A stretch of 64,000 nt of DNA from Eledone cirrhosa (taxonomy: Eukaryota), in contig OZ024746.1 in assembly GCA_964016885.1 (NCBI GenBank), forward strand, positions 92,132,001 to 92,196,000, read 5' to 3'. The translations under genes were made by a program, and so were the position numbers. This document shows, piece by piece, positions 1-11,965 of this stretch. The stretch's first letter is position 1; every line of letters starts with the position of its first letter. Below the pieces are notes generated by a model. The model saw nothing but the letters and a program-made list of their open reading frames with translations. It was not told where the DNA came from and did no database searches.

Positions 1-349
1 TCATGCTAGTCTGCTACATTAAACCATGTTTCAGGTGGTTTGATATCAAAAGGGTTAAATATTATTATTGAACATTGGTGTAAGAAAATGTTAAGTCAAA
101 CATAAGAAGATGTGAACTGAGAAAGATAGCATTACTGAGAAGCAGTTCTGTAGGAGCAATACATGGCCATCTCACCTGATTTGTCTCACAATGGGACTTC
201 TTGTCTAACCGATGCTAGTGGGGGAAAAATAGACGTTGAACAGTGATGATGATGGGGATGGTAATGGTGATGCACCTCCTATACATAAATACCTTTTTAG
301 ATAATAATTCTTCTTTTTTCTTTTTTTTTCTTATTTTTTCCTTCCATAG

Positions 350-545
350 AATTTATTGAAAAGTGTCATGAAATATATTCTGTGCTGTGTAATCAACGTA
401 GTCCACGTGACCCAGTTGTGGTTCCTACATCAGATTTAGCCAGTGTCCAGTCAACTCCAACCAATACCACACCACCAGCAGATAGTGTTGAGACAGCTAA
501 CTTACTACGAGCCATTGGTCATCTTTGCAAGACCACTAACATAAG
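350..545 (+). CDS. CSTPP1: Internal coding exon of a CSTPP1/C11orf49 (UPF0705)-like gene; upstream exons lie outside the window
   Basis: Long polypyrimidine tract ending ccatag| at 349 and |gtgac donor at 546. Open frame (E)FIEKCHEIYSVLCNQRSPRDPVVVPTSD...DSVETANLLRAIGHLCKTTNI. From recall it resembles vertebrate C11orf49 EFLDSVAAIYEDLLSGKNPNTVIVPTSS...GVEASLFYQCLENLC. Confidence 0.8.
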
Positions 546-694
546 GTGACCATTCTTTTTCACATCAAACGACATCAGAAACATGAATGTGCTTATTTCT
601 CTTTTAATTAGTAAACTGTTTAATTATACTAACCTAGTTGAACCTAATGAGAGACAACCTACATGGTTACTAAACCTGCTAGATGTAGTAGCCA

Positions 695-992
695 ATTCTT
701 CTCCTCCTCCTCTCCTCCTCCTCTACTCACTTATTCCAGAGAGGGTTGTGGGGCAGAGTCCCTCAAACACTCCTTCCAGTGGGTCCTGTCAGAAGCAACC
801 GTCTCCAACTGATTCAGCTGGATCCCCAAGCGAGACCAGCCAAGCTCATAGATGTTATCCAAACATCTTTCTCAGGGCCTACCCTTGGGTCTCCTTGCCA
901 GTTGGTTTTGTCCATAAAATCTGTCCAGCAATTCTTTCCTGAGACATTCTAACCACATGCCCATAGTATCAGAGCTGTGATATCTCAATTCA
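695..992 (-). mobile_element. Decayed 3' end of an RTE-clade LINE (family C) with a (GGA/GAA)n tail
   Basis: Minus strand reads LL*IEISQL*YYGHVVRMSQERIAGQILWTKPTGK/RPKGRP, the typical RTE C-terminal LRWxGHVxRM...RPRGRP pattern. Both stops are TGA at positions where CGA (Arg) is expected. Confidence 0.8.
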
Positions 993-3270
993 GAGAAGTA
1001 TCAGCTCTACTTGGAGTAACTCTCTCATCTCCAAGCTACACACTCTATCAAATAACGTTACTCCAAAGACTGGGAGAAGTAGTGACTCTACCTGGAGTGA
1101 CTCTCTGATCTCTAAGCTACACACTCTATCAAATAACATTACTCCAAAGACCAGGAGAAGTAGTGACTCTACCTGGAGTGACTCTCTGATCTCCAAGCTC
1201 CACACTCTATCAAGTAACGTTACTCCAAAGACTGGGAGAAGTAGTGACTCTACCTGGAGTAACTCTCTCATCTCCAAGCTACACACTCTATCAAGTAACG
1301 TTACTCCAAAGACTGGGAGAAGTATTGACTCTACCTGGAGTAACTCTCTCATCTCTAAGCTACACACTCTATCAAATAACGTTACTCCAAAGACTGGGAG
1401 AAGTATTGACTCTACCTGGAGTGACTCTCTCATCTCTAAGCTACACACTCTATCAAGTAACGTTACTCCAAAGACCAGGAGAAGTAGTGACTCTACCTGG
1501 AGTAACTCTCTCATCTCCAAGCTACACACTCTATCAAGTAACGTTACTCCAAAGACTGGGAGAAGTATTGACTCTACCTGGAGTAACTCTCTCATCTCTA
1601 AGCTACACACTCTATCAAATAACGTTACTCCAAAGACCAGGAGAAGTAGTGACTCTACCTGGAGTGACTCTCTCATCTCCAAGCTACACACTCTATCAAG
1701 TAACGTTACTCCAAAGACTGGGAGAAGTAGTGACTCTACCTGGAGTAACTCTCTCATCTCCAAGCTACACACTCTATCAAGTAACGTTACTCCAAAGACC
1801 AGGAGAAGTAGTGACTCTACCTGGAGTGACTCTCTCATCTCCAAGCTACACACTCTATCAAGTAACGTTACTCCAAAGACTGGGAGAAGTATTGACTCTA
1901 CCTGGAGTGACTCTCTCATCTCCAAGCTCCACACTCTATCAAGTAACGTTACTCCAAAGACCAGGAGAAGTAGTGACTCTACCTGGAGTGACTCTCTCAT
2001 CTCCAAGCTACACACTCTATCAAGTAACGTTACTCCAAAGACTGGGAGAAGTATTGACTCTACCTGGAGTGACTCTCTCATCTCCAAGCTCCACACTCTA
2101 TCAAGTAACGTTACTCCAAAGACTGGGAGAAGTATTGACTCTACCTGGAGTGACTCTCTCATCTCCAAGCTCCACACTCTATCAAGTAACGTTACTCCAA
2201 AGACCAGGAGAAGTATTGACTCTACCTGGAGTGACTCTCTCATCTCCAAGCTCCACACTCTATCAAGTAACGTTACTCCAAAGACTGGGAGAAGTAGTGA
2301 CTCTACCTGGAGTGACTCTCTGATCTCCAAGCTACACACTCTATCAAGTAACGTTACTCCAAAGACTGGGAGAAGTAGTGACTCTACCTGGAGTAACTCT
2401 CTCATCTCCAAGCTACACACTCTATCAAGTAACGTTACTCCAAAGACTGGGAGAAGTATTGACTCTACCTGGAGTAACTCTCTCATCTCCAAGCTCCACA
2501 CTCTATCAAGTAACGTTACTCCAAAGACCAGGAGAAGTAGTGACTCTACCTGGAGTGACTCTCTCATCTCCAAGCTACACACTCTATCAAGTAACGTTAC
2601 TCCAAAGACCAGGAAGAGTAGTGACTCTACCTGGAGTGACTCTCTGATCTCTGAGCTATACACTCTATTGAGTAATGTTACTGCAAAGACCAGGAAGAGT
2701 AGTGACTCTACCTGGAGTGACTCTCTGATCTCTGAGCTATACACTCTATTGAGTAATGTTACTGCAAAGACCAGGAAGAGTAGTGACTCTACCTGGAGTG
2801 ACTCTCTCATCTCTAAGCTCCACACTCTATCAAGTAACGTTACTCCAAAGACCAGGAGAAGTAGTGACTCTACCTGGAGTGACTCTCTCATCTCTAAGCT
2901 ACACACTCTATCAAGTAACGTTACTCCAAAGACTGGGAGAAGTAGTGACTCTACCTGGAGTGACTCTCTCATCTCCAAGCTACACACTCTATCAAATAAC
3001 GTTACTCCAAAGACCAGGAGAAGTAGTGACTCTACCTGGAGTGACTCTCTGATCTCCAAGCTCCACACTCTATCAAGTAACATTACTCCAAAGACTGGGA
3101 GAAGTAGTGACTCTACCTGGAGTGACTCTCTCATCTCCAAGTTCCACTAACGTTACTCCAAAGACCAGGAGAAGTATCAGCTCTACCTGGAGTAACTCTC
3201 CCATCTCTGAGCTACACACTCTATCAAGTAACATTACTCTAAAGACCAGGAAGAGTAGTGGCTCTCTGAT
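992..3270. repeat. 81-bp tandem satellite (~28 copies) derived from RTE coding sequence
   Basis: Unit aacgttactccaaagactgggagaagtagtgactctacctggagtgactctctcatctccaagctacacactctatcaagt; period 81 (e.g. aataac at 1051 and 1132). Confidence 0.95.
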
Positions 3271-3469
3271 CCCTAATCTACACATTCTGCTTGGAAAACA
3301 AAGACTTGATAGTCATGAATGTATTTCATCCTAGATCTTGCTTAATATTGACCAAGTTAAGTGTTGCTGTGAGTGACATAAGTCACCAATAGAGTTATCT
3401 CCCCTTAATACCTAATACAGTGTCAAGGGAACCAATTCATTAAAAAAAATTCATCCTCCTAAAGATTAA

Positions 3470-3838
3470 CCCTTTAGTGTTTTAGTGTTTTAGTGTTCAA
3501 ACCGACCAAAACCGGCCAGAATTCTCTACCTCTTTCTGTTGAAACTGGCCGTAACCGGTCACTCAAACTGATGTTAAGGTATTGTTCTCAAAATAAATAC
3601 TTTCAAAATCTCATAGATTCGATATTATGAGAGGTAAAGCCTTTACCATTGGCACAAAGCCAGCAAATTACCCAGTACATTACTGGTACTTTATTTTATC
3701 GACCCTGTAAGGATGAAAGGCAAAGTTGACCTCGGCGGGATTTGAATTCAGACCATAAAGGGCCGTAACTCTTTGCTGTAAAGTATGGCGTCTGACCCTC
3801 TACCGATACTGCCAATCCACTGTGTGAATGCTAAAGGG
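3470..3838. mobile_element. piggyBac-like MITE (TTAA-flanked, CCCTTTAG...CTAAAGGG ends) with a nested SINE
   Basis: ttaa|ccctttag at 3466-3477 and ctaaaggg|ttaa at 3831-3842. The body is homologous, in inverted orientation, to 5775-6112 and 49169-49385. Confidence 0.65.
3647..3822 (-). mobile_element. tRNA-derived SINE, family B
   Basis: Reverse complement has an A-box-like tggcagtatcggtagag, a B-box tgaattcaaatcccgcc and the core ctttgcctttcatccttac..ggtcgataaaataaagtaccag, as in 29002-29189. Confidence 0.8.
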
Positions 3839-4189
3839 TTAAGGCAACAACAAGAACATTGTGAGATTAAGTCACAGTAGTCATTAGTTCAAAAATGACA
3901 TGCCAGTCACACTATGAAAGGTCTTCTTATAACTCAGTAATTGATAAATTAGTCCAACATTTTTCTTCATTAAATTTTTAAAAAGTATGCTTCCCCAGAA
4001 AATATTTTAAAAGTCTAAACATTTTAGGTACCATAGTACAAAATATTGCTCTCCTGTACAAACCACCATGACATCTAGAAAGAACATGTAGTGAGCGATG
4101 AGTGGCTTCAGTGCTGGCAATCACAATAAAATACACCCAGAACACCCTGTAAAATGTTAGTGGGGGTGCCATGAAAAGAAAATATGTCC

Positions 4190-4358
4190 AGTAGTAGTAG
4201 TAGTAGTAGTAGTAGGAGGAGGAGGAGTAGCTGCAGTAGTAATAGTAGTAGTAAAAGTAGCAGCAGCAACAACAGTAATAGTAGCAGTAGTAGTAGTAGC
4301 AACAGCAGCAGTAGTAGTAGCAACAGCAGCAGTAGTAGTAGCAGCAACAGTAGTAGTA
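4190..4358. repeat. (AGT/AGC)n trinucleotide microsatellite
   Basis: Seen directly in the sequence. Confidence 0.95.
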
Positions 4359-4850
4359 TATTTGTTTATTTATATATTTTTGCGTGTAGCTTTACAAAAC
4401 TGCACTTCAACTATTTTCTGAATTGCTTGGATACGGCAGCAATTCTGGTTGAATAAACATTTCAGGAGCAACTGAAGAATGTCGGCATCTTTTTAAAGCA
4501 ATTTATTTGAAATATAATAAATTCCTGTGAGAGTGTCAGAAAACCAGAGAGAGGTACTTGGTCCCCCCCCCCCCCCACACACACACACCCCACACACACA
4601 CACACTACAAATCCTACGTAGATTAGTTTTGTCTTTTATCCGCCTAACTTCAAAGAAATAAATACCACTCAGGTTCTAAGGTAGAGTATATTTACTTTGA
4701 AGATGGTTGTTGTTGTTGTTGTTTAGCCCCTTGTCAGCCATGATTGATGAGTAGATCTATGATCAATAGAATTCCAACCATGACCATCAATATGTTTCTT
4801 ATATACCCAGCAGCAACATATTATCCAATGTGTCTTTTTTATCAGGCAAT

Positions 4851-4966
<116 letters not shown>

Positions 4967-5117
4967 GTGATATATATCAGCCAAATCTCAAGAGCTCAGC
5001 CATTGGATCCTGACTCTTTATAATATAACCATACACTACTACCCCAAGTATTGAGTACTCTGTTGCGTAATGGTCTAACTACTTTTAAACTGGTTTTATC
5101 CGGATATATATATATAT

Positions 5118-5295
5118 ATTTATTAAAATAACAGATTAAAGTTTAAGCAAAGAATCGCTGCTTTCACCCTTAACGGGATCTTCTGAAACTAAAAAAAATC
5201 AACACAGAAGTAAATATTTTGAAAAACGAAGATCCCGTTAAGGGTGAAAGCTGTGATTCTTTGCTTAAACTTTAATCTGTTATTTTAATAAATAT
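5118..5295. repeat. Fold-back inverted repeat (~65-bp arms) with a degenerate hammerhead-like core, between (TA)n tracts
   Basis: tttattaaaataacagattaaagtttaagcaaagaatc...cccttaacgggatcttc pairs with gaagatcccgttaagggtgaaag...ttattttaataaa. Confidence 0.8.
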
Positions 5296-5774
5296 TTTCT
5301 CTAGGGTTCTTATATATTTGATATATATATTTATCCTTATCGAGCCCTCTTTGGATTTTAGTCTTCACATTTATTATTATTACTATATATATATATATAT
5401 ATATATATACTAGATTTGGCAGCTATTTCTACCAGATAATGTGACCATATAAATGCTCCTTCATTGATTCATCTTGAAGTATGGCCAATGTCCAATGACT
5501 GAAACCATTAAAAGAATATGCACTTGACATTTGTCCTTCATCCTTCTAGGCATATTAGGGAGTTTAGTTAGATAAGATATGTATCAGATTTGGCTGTTAT
5601 TTCTAGCTGATAGAGTAACCATATAGATCAGGTATGGGCTACATAAGATATGGCTCATCTTAAGACAGGTTGCACTACTAAAAACAATACAAGGTCTGCC
5701 TAACGAAAGACAAAAGGCAATGTATGACTGATAAAGATGCTCTGTAATTGATTCATCTTGAAGATGGTGTCTTA

Positions 5775-6112
5775 GCCCTTTACCATTTACATTACTGAGC
5801 TGACCTCAGACCGCTGAAGCTGACAGAAGAGATGGCGAAGAACCGTGACGAATGGAGAGATGCTGTGCTGAAGAGGACCCTTCCCAACTTTGCAATCAAG
5901 GAAAAATAAACATAAAATGGTGATGATGATGATTATATGATATATATACTATTGTATTTTCGCAATAAAGGCTTTATCTCACATAATATTAAATCTTTGA
6001 GATTTTGATGCTATTTATTTTGAGAACAATACCTTAACATCAGTATGAATGGCCAGTTACATCCGATTTGAAGTGAAAGAGGTGAGAGTATTCTGGACAG
6101 TTTAAAGAGTTA
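5775..6112. mobile_element. piggyBac-like MITE copy interrupted by an RTE family-B 3' stub (~5800-5933)
   Basis: Shares sequence with 49169-49385. The insert reads WRDAVLKRT and ends in (GAT)n. Confidence 0.6.
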
Positions 6113-6266
6113 ACATAGTCATTGTTCAATGAAACTATTAAATCAATAATAGAATATCATCATCATCATCATCATCTTCGTTTAACGTCCATCTTCTACG
6201 CTAGCATGGGTTAGAATATATGTTTGACATTCAGTAATGAAATATCTACCGATTGTTTCTTATTAG

Positions 6267-6382
6267 CTCTCCTGCACCTGATATCATCTATGAGATCTTA
6301 ACACCAATGGCAACTGTTCGAGTTAACTTCTATGAATTTCTAATTATATTAGCAAAAAGTGAAGCTGTGAACAGTTCATTAG
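6267..6382 (+). CDS. CSTPP1: Next coding exon of the CSTPP1/C11orf49-like gene
   Basis: ttcttattag| acceptor and |gtatgt donor. Phase-2 join with the previous exon (AG|C = Ser) gives SSPAPDIIYEILTPMATVRVNFYEFLIILAKSEAVNSSL; compare recalled C11orf49 SCPPPALVKEALSNVQRLTFYGFLMALSKHRGINQAL. Confidence 0.82.
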
Positions 6383-6418
6383 GTATGTCATTTATTTTCA
6401 TTTTTTAAACCATTTTGT

Positions 6419-6660
6419 GAAGGTGTGTGACTTAGTGGTGAGAGAGTTTGATTCACAATTGTGAGGTTGCAAGTTCAATTCTCAGACTGGGCAACATGTT
6501 GTGTCCTTGAACAAGACACTTTATGTCATGTACTCCTTCTACCAGGAGTTGCAACTGTCTAATGGAAACAGTGTTTCCTTGGTCCAATTTGACAAAGTCC
6601 GTTGCACTTGGTAAGTGAATGAGGTCTGCAATGTTGTTGATCAATTCCTACTAAACCATT
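6419..6660 (+). mobile_element. Older tRNA-derived SINE (family A-like head)
   Basis: A box (ttagtggtgagag), B box (agttcaattctc) and the gtccttgaacaagacacttt core motif; similar to 51203-51430. Confidence 0.7.
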
Positions 6661-7074
6661 TTATGGGCACTGGTTTTGCAAAAATAGCAGAACAAACAAT
6701 ATGGCTAATCCTGTAACAACAACAACACACATGTGATAATAATTATTTACATAATTGGTACAACACAAACATATAGGTGATTAAAAGTGATTATGATGAA
6801 CCAATGGAATCAACTATATTAGTGCTGTTTATTTTAACAACCAAGGAGGGGTGACTACCATAATTGACATCATATTTCTAATGAAAGACACCTCCTATGG
6901 TTTTCAAATAATTTTGAAAATTATCAGGAAGGATTTAGTAATATAACTAACTCTCTCATTATGAAGCTGGTGTTTGGAACATAACTTAACAAAGGTTCTT
7001 ACATGAAATTATGTTGGAAGACTTTTTGATAAATTGATGATGATGGTAAACATTTTTAAAGAAACAGTTTCATA

Positions 7075-7680
7075 TTGTAAAACCAAGGTCAGTTTCAAAC
7101 AGTTTGGTTTTGTAAAACCAAGGTCAGTTTCAGGCAGTTTGGTATTGTAAAACCGAGGTCAGTTTCAAACAGTTTGGTATCATATAGCAAGGGTCAATTT
7201 CAGGCAGTTTGGTATTGTAAAACCAAGGTCAATTTCAGGCAGTTTAGTATTGTAAAACCAAGGTCAGTCAGACAGTTTGGTATTGTAAAACCAAGGTCAG
7301 TTTCATACAGTTTGGTATTGTAAAACCAAGGTCAGTTTCAGACAGTTTGGTATCATAGAGCCTGGGTCAGTTTCAGGCAGTTTGGTATTGTAAAACCAAG
7401 GTCAGTTTCAGACAGTTTGGTATTGTAAAACCAAGGTCAGTTTCAGACAGTTTGGTATCATAGAGCCTGGGTCAGTTTTAGGCAGTTTGGTATTGTAAAA
7501 CCAAGGTCAGTGTCAGACAGTTTGGTATTGTAAAACCAGGGTCAGTTTCAGACAGTTTGGTATTGTAAAAACAAGGTCAGTTTCAGGCAGTTTGGTATCA
7601 TAGAGCCTGGGTCAGTTTCAGGCAGTTTGGTATAGTAAAACCAAGGTCAGTTTCAGACAGTTTGGTATCTAAAGGGTTAA
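7075..7680. repeat. 35-bp minisatellite (~17 copies) ending in a MITE terminus
   Basis: Unit ttgtaaaaccaaggtcagtttcagacagtttggta. The last unit runs into tctaaagggttaa, like the terminus at 31-58. Confidence 0.9.
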
Positions 7681-7779
7681 GTGGAATGGTTTCTCTTTTG
7701 CAAAGGTTATTTATTACAATGCATATTAACTAAAATATAGTTGAAAGTCTGGGATATAATAAGCCTTGTGACAGAAAAT

Positions 7780-8700
7780 ATGGAACAGAATCCTCCACAC
7801 ATTGTGGTGGTGGTGTTGATGGGGATGTGTTTTTAGAATTTTTTGGCTCTTTCACCTTTTTTTTAGAGCAACGATGAAGAATTTTTTCTCTTTTTTGTTT
7901 GTTTTTGGGAGGACACACTGTTTGTCACTTGTCGTCATGTGTATTGTCGGGGAGTGGCATGTCTTCAATGGGTGTTGGTATTGTTGGTGTTGGTGACAGC
8001 TTTTTCTGTATTGGACTTGGCGGTGCTAGAGTTGGTGCTTCATTTAAACTCTCTGCTGCTACTGGTGTTGCTGTTGTTTTTTTTTTGGTGTTTGTATCCT
8101 AGTAGTAGTTGTTGTGGTTTTTGGTGTTGGTAGGAGCAGAGGTTTCTTTATGTTTGTTTTTAGTGAAGAGTGCTCTCAGGTGTTTTGTGGAGAGGCAGAT
8201 ATGACATCCAGCCTTTTGCCCTTCAACTTTTATAGGTGATATTATACTGCCTGAAAAGTGAAGTTGTTCAGGGATGCCATCTACACTTTTTTGTGTGGTT
8301 TGTAGTAATATTTCCACTGCCATCCCCGACAAATATCCTTGCTTATTTGGTAAACATCAAGGATTTTTGTGTTCTCCTTAATGTTTACTGTTACCGTAGC
8401 TAATAGCCAAGAAATGTCTATTTCTGGTTAATTTTAATTCTTACTAATCTCATTCCCCCAGTAGAATGGGCTGAGCAGAATTTCACCACTTGTAGGGGCT
8501 TGAGGGAGACAAATTTTGCCTCTTCTTTGGTGTTAAATCTCACCTCCACCGTGCCAAAACCTATGCTCCTTTGAATGTAAATTTTTGGGGTATGACACCA
8601 CTGCAGACCTCGTGCTTTTATGATCACCGCTGCAGACTTTATACTTTTCTGAGGATCACCAATTTCATCTCTCTCTGACACCTTTGGATAATAACCCCCC
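7780..8700 (-). pseudogene. Frameshifted gag/ORF1-like retroelement protein with a CCHC-type zinc knuckle remnant
   Basis: Minus-strand fragments GFGTVEVRFNTKEEAK and KAGCHICLSTKHLRA, followed by a P/T/K-rich low-complexity tail. Confidence 0.5.
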
Positions 8701-9264
8701 CCCCCCCCCCCCAAAAAAAAAAACTACAGCAACAAGAACAAAAACAACAACTAAAAAATAAAACACATTTAACTCTCTTGTGGTTATTTTTTATATTGAA
8801 AATACTCGAAATAATCAAACATATCTTTATATTAATTGATAAATTTAGTTGCCTAAAACACAAATATGTATATATCTGTATATTATATTTTAAGAAGAAT
8901 ACATTGTAAAAATATTTCTATAGAATAAATGGTGCAACAAGAAATAAAGAAGTATTCACCTGAATGTGAATTCAAACCATTTATTTACACACAAACCCAT
9001 TTCATGCAAATATTACGGAGATATGTTTAAAAATATAAATTCATTATATATATTTCCAACAATGTGTTCTTGGTTTGTGAAGATAATGTATTGTTGAATA
9101 TGGTGTTGGAGCATAATAATGGCATAAATCATGGGGACTTAAAGAGGTTTTAGATGTGTTTCCTCACACATTTCAGCACTATTAAATATGTATATTTAAA
9201 TATATATTTTTTTTTGGTACACCCTATATATATCATCATCATGGATGTTAAACGGAGATGATAA

Positions 9265-9314
<50 letters not shown>

Positions 9315-9517
9315 ATATAGGATGTATAGGCAATATTTATTAGAATGCTGTTGAAGTGTGTATACATTTTTGAGGGACACCCTGTGTATATATATATATA
9401 TTTAATTATATCAAATTTAATACAGTAATGGCTTCAACAGGACTAGAACTATTTCATTCAAAAGAAATCATCATTGTGTACCTTTCTCACTGTAGTTACC
9501 CCTGGCTGAACCTGAAG

Positions 9518-9567
<50 letters not shown>

Positions 9568-9571
9568 TATA

Positions 9572-9810
9572 ATCATCATCGTCATCATCATCATTTAACG
9601 TCCATGGGTTAGACGATTTTGTCCCACTTGAGGCAAGTTGGGTTGGGTGACCATGTCTCGCTCATATAGGACTGTTTCAGACTGGTTTTCTATGGCTGGA
9701 TGCCCTTCCTAGTGCCAACCACATTTACAGTGTGTGCTGGATGTTTTGTGGTACCAACATAACTTTACAGAGAAAGGGTGGTGTGGGTGGAAGTGGGAGG
9801 AAGGTGGGGG
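9572..9810 (-). mobile_element. RTE family-A 3' UTR fragment
   Basis: (CAT)n tail plus ggctggatgcccttcctagtgccaacc, homologous to 12050-12360. Confidence 0.75.
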
Positions 9811-9857
9811 TGTATAATATATATATAATATATAATAATATAATATATATATATTGT

Positions 9858-10195
9858 GGAGGCACATGGCTTAGTGGTTAGAGCATTGGACTTGCAATCG
9901 AAAGATTGTGAGTTCAATTCTCAGACCGGGTGATGTGTTGTTTCCTTGAGCAAGACACTTTTTTTCACATTGCTCCAGTTTACTCAGCTGTAGAAATGAG
10001 ATGATAGGACTGGGGTCCATATCATTCCACTGCAAAGTGGTTTTGGAGGTGCCACAGCAAAAAAGCACCCAGCACTCACTGTAAATGAGGTTGGTGTTAG
10101 GAAGGGCATCCAGCTGTAGAAATCAAGCCAGAATCAGTTGCCGTCCCACCCTTGCAAGCAGGAAAAAGCGAACATAAAATGATGATGATGATGAT
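9858..10195 (+). mobile_element. Full-length tRNA-derived SINE, family A (RTE-dependent tail)
   Basis: ggaggcacatggcttagtggttagagc (A box), gagttcaattctc (B box), ccttgagcaagacactt core, an RTE 3'-UTR segment and a (GAT)n tail. Near-identical to the copies at 32334, 36083 and 56472. Confidence 0.9.
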
Positions 10196-10204
10196 ATATA
10201 TACA

Positions 10205-11078
10205 CAGGGTGCGGATGATATTTGTTCACAAGATTACTGTCTAGGGAAAAATAACACAGTAGTTTTATCTTTTAAGATTTATTTATCAAACTTGGGTCAG
10301 TTTGTCTTCATGACTTGTTCTTTCGATCTCACTCGATAAACCCGCCATTGGCTTTGATGACGGCCTCAAGGCGGCCTTGGAACCGGCTACAGGCCTTCGT
10401 CACTGTCCCCTGACTTAGGCCCCTAAAGGCACTTGTGATCCTGGCCTTCAGATCATCTTTCGTATTGCAGCTAGATCTGTTGGTGTCTCGTTCCACTGCG
10501 TCCCACACAAAGAAGTCGAGGGGGTTGCAGTCAGGCAAGCTGGGAGGCCAGATGTCAGGTGAAGTGTGGTCGACGAAGTTCTCTGACAGCCAGGCTTGGG
10601 TCTTTCGGCTGGTATGGCAGGGCGCTGAGTCTTGCTGCCACACGTACGGACTACCTGCAGCTACCTGGTTGATCCAGGGCTTTTCTACCTCACTCAGAAC
10701 GCGGATGTAGCCATCGGTGTTCAGCTTGAGGCCTTCAGGGAAGAAGTGAGGTGGCATGACGACACCTAAGACCAATGTTGTCGCTGGAAAATTTGTCTGC
10801 ATGATACTGGGCACATCTTTGGATGAGACAGCAAGCCACGTGTTGTTCTGGGAGTTGATCTTCTGGTCTTATTTGTCCTCCCGGCGTGGATTCCAAGAAG
10901 AACTCTGTGTCTCTTCCACAAATTTGGAGGTTCAAAATTATTCATAATCAATTATTCTGAAAATAAATAATGGAAATATAGTCACTGTTTTTATGAAGGC
11001 AAGAGTGACAACAGAAGTAAAAAAAATTTGCATAAAATTAGCAGTTGAAAATTGTGAACAAATATCGTTTGCACCCTG
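10205..11078 (-). mobile_element. Internally deleted Tc1/mariner-superfamily DD37D (maT) transposon
   Basis: Imperfect TIRs cagggtgcggatgatatttgttcacaa / ttgtgaacaaatatcgtttgcaccctg, with TA on the right, inside (TA)n. Confidence 0.88.
10329..10814 (-). pseudogene. C-terminal catalytic portion of a DD37D transposase
   Basis: WQQDSAPCHTS...WPPSLPDCNPLDFFVW, with 37 residues between the last two catalytic Asp. The N-terminal HTH region is missing. Confidence 0.88.
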
Positions 11079-11144
11079 TATATATATTTATAATATATGT
11101 ATACAATATATAAATATATATAATATATGTATACAATATATATA

Positions 11145-11445
11145 AGAGAATGCCCTGAAACTCACATACTACCTTCCTTCAGGTGAAACTCTCATAGCAT
11201 CCAACAACATCAGAGACTTGGGAGTAATTGTGGACAACAACATAAGCTGGTCCACTCATATAAACAGCAAAGTTGACATGGCCCGCAGAATGTGTTCCTG
11301 GATCCTCAGAACCTTCCAGTCGAGCGATATCCACACTGTTATCCTTCTCTTCTCCACTTTTGCCCGACCCCACTTTAAATACTGCTTTCCACTGTGGTCT
11401 CCCCACACAAAACAAAGTATCATGAAAGGTGAAGCACCAATTACA
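11145..11445 (+). mobile_element. CR1/L2-like LINE RT C-terminal fragment
   Basis: RDLGVIVDNNISWSTHINSKV...WILRTF...RPHFKYCFPLWSPH, the DLGV...RPHLEYC..WSP pattern of CR1/L2-group elements. Confidence 0.8.
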
Positions 11446-11634
11446 AAAAAGACTTCAAAGAATCGAGTACAGCATTACTGTATCCTGCTAAATAGGAAGG
11501 GTTTCTAAGTGTGTGAATATATATAAATATATGTGTGTGTATATGGGTGTATATAGCTCACAGACACCCGCATATATATGTATATACACGCATACAGGCA
11601 CACATACACACACACACACATATATATATATGTA

Positions 11635-11965
11635 GGTGTCACAACTAAAAAACCTCCCAGTCCATGCTGTAATGTGGCCGTGTAGGTAACACGGTAAAAA
11701 CCTCCCAGTCCACACTCTAATGTGGCCGTGTAGGTAACACGGTAAAAACCTCCCAGTCCTCACTGTAATGTGGCCGTGTAGGTAACAGGATAAAAACCTC
11801 CCAGTCTCCACTGAAAACGTGGTTGGTGTTAGGAAGGGCATCCAGCAGTAGAAAACCTGCCAGATACAGTCCTATACGAGCGAGACACGGTCACCCAACC
11901 AATCTTGCCTCAAGTGGGACAATTCCCGTCTAAACCCATGCTAACGTGGAAGATGGTCATTAAAC

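Noticed and set aside
990-3140. 716-aa repetitive ORF as a host gene
   Set aside because: It is an amplified 27-codon piece of a dead RTE; the frame stays open because the unit is 81 bp.
9858-9930. tRNA genes at SINE heads
   Set aside because: A and B boxes are present but there is no complete cloverleaf, and each continues into SINE body and tail.
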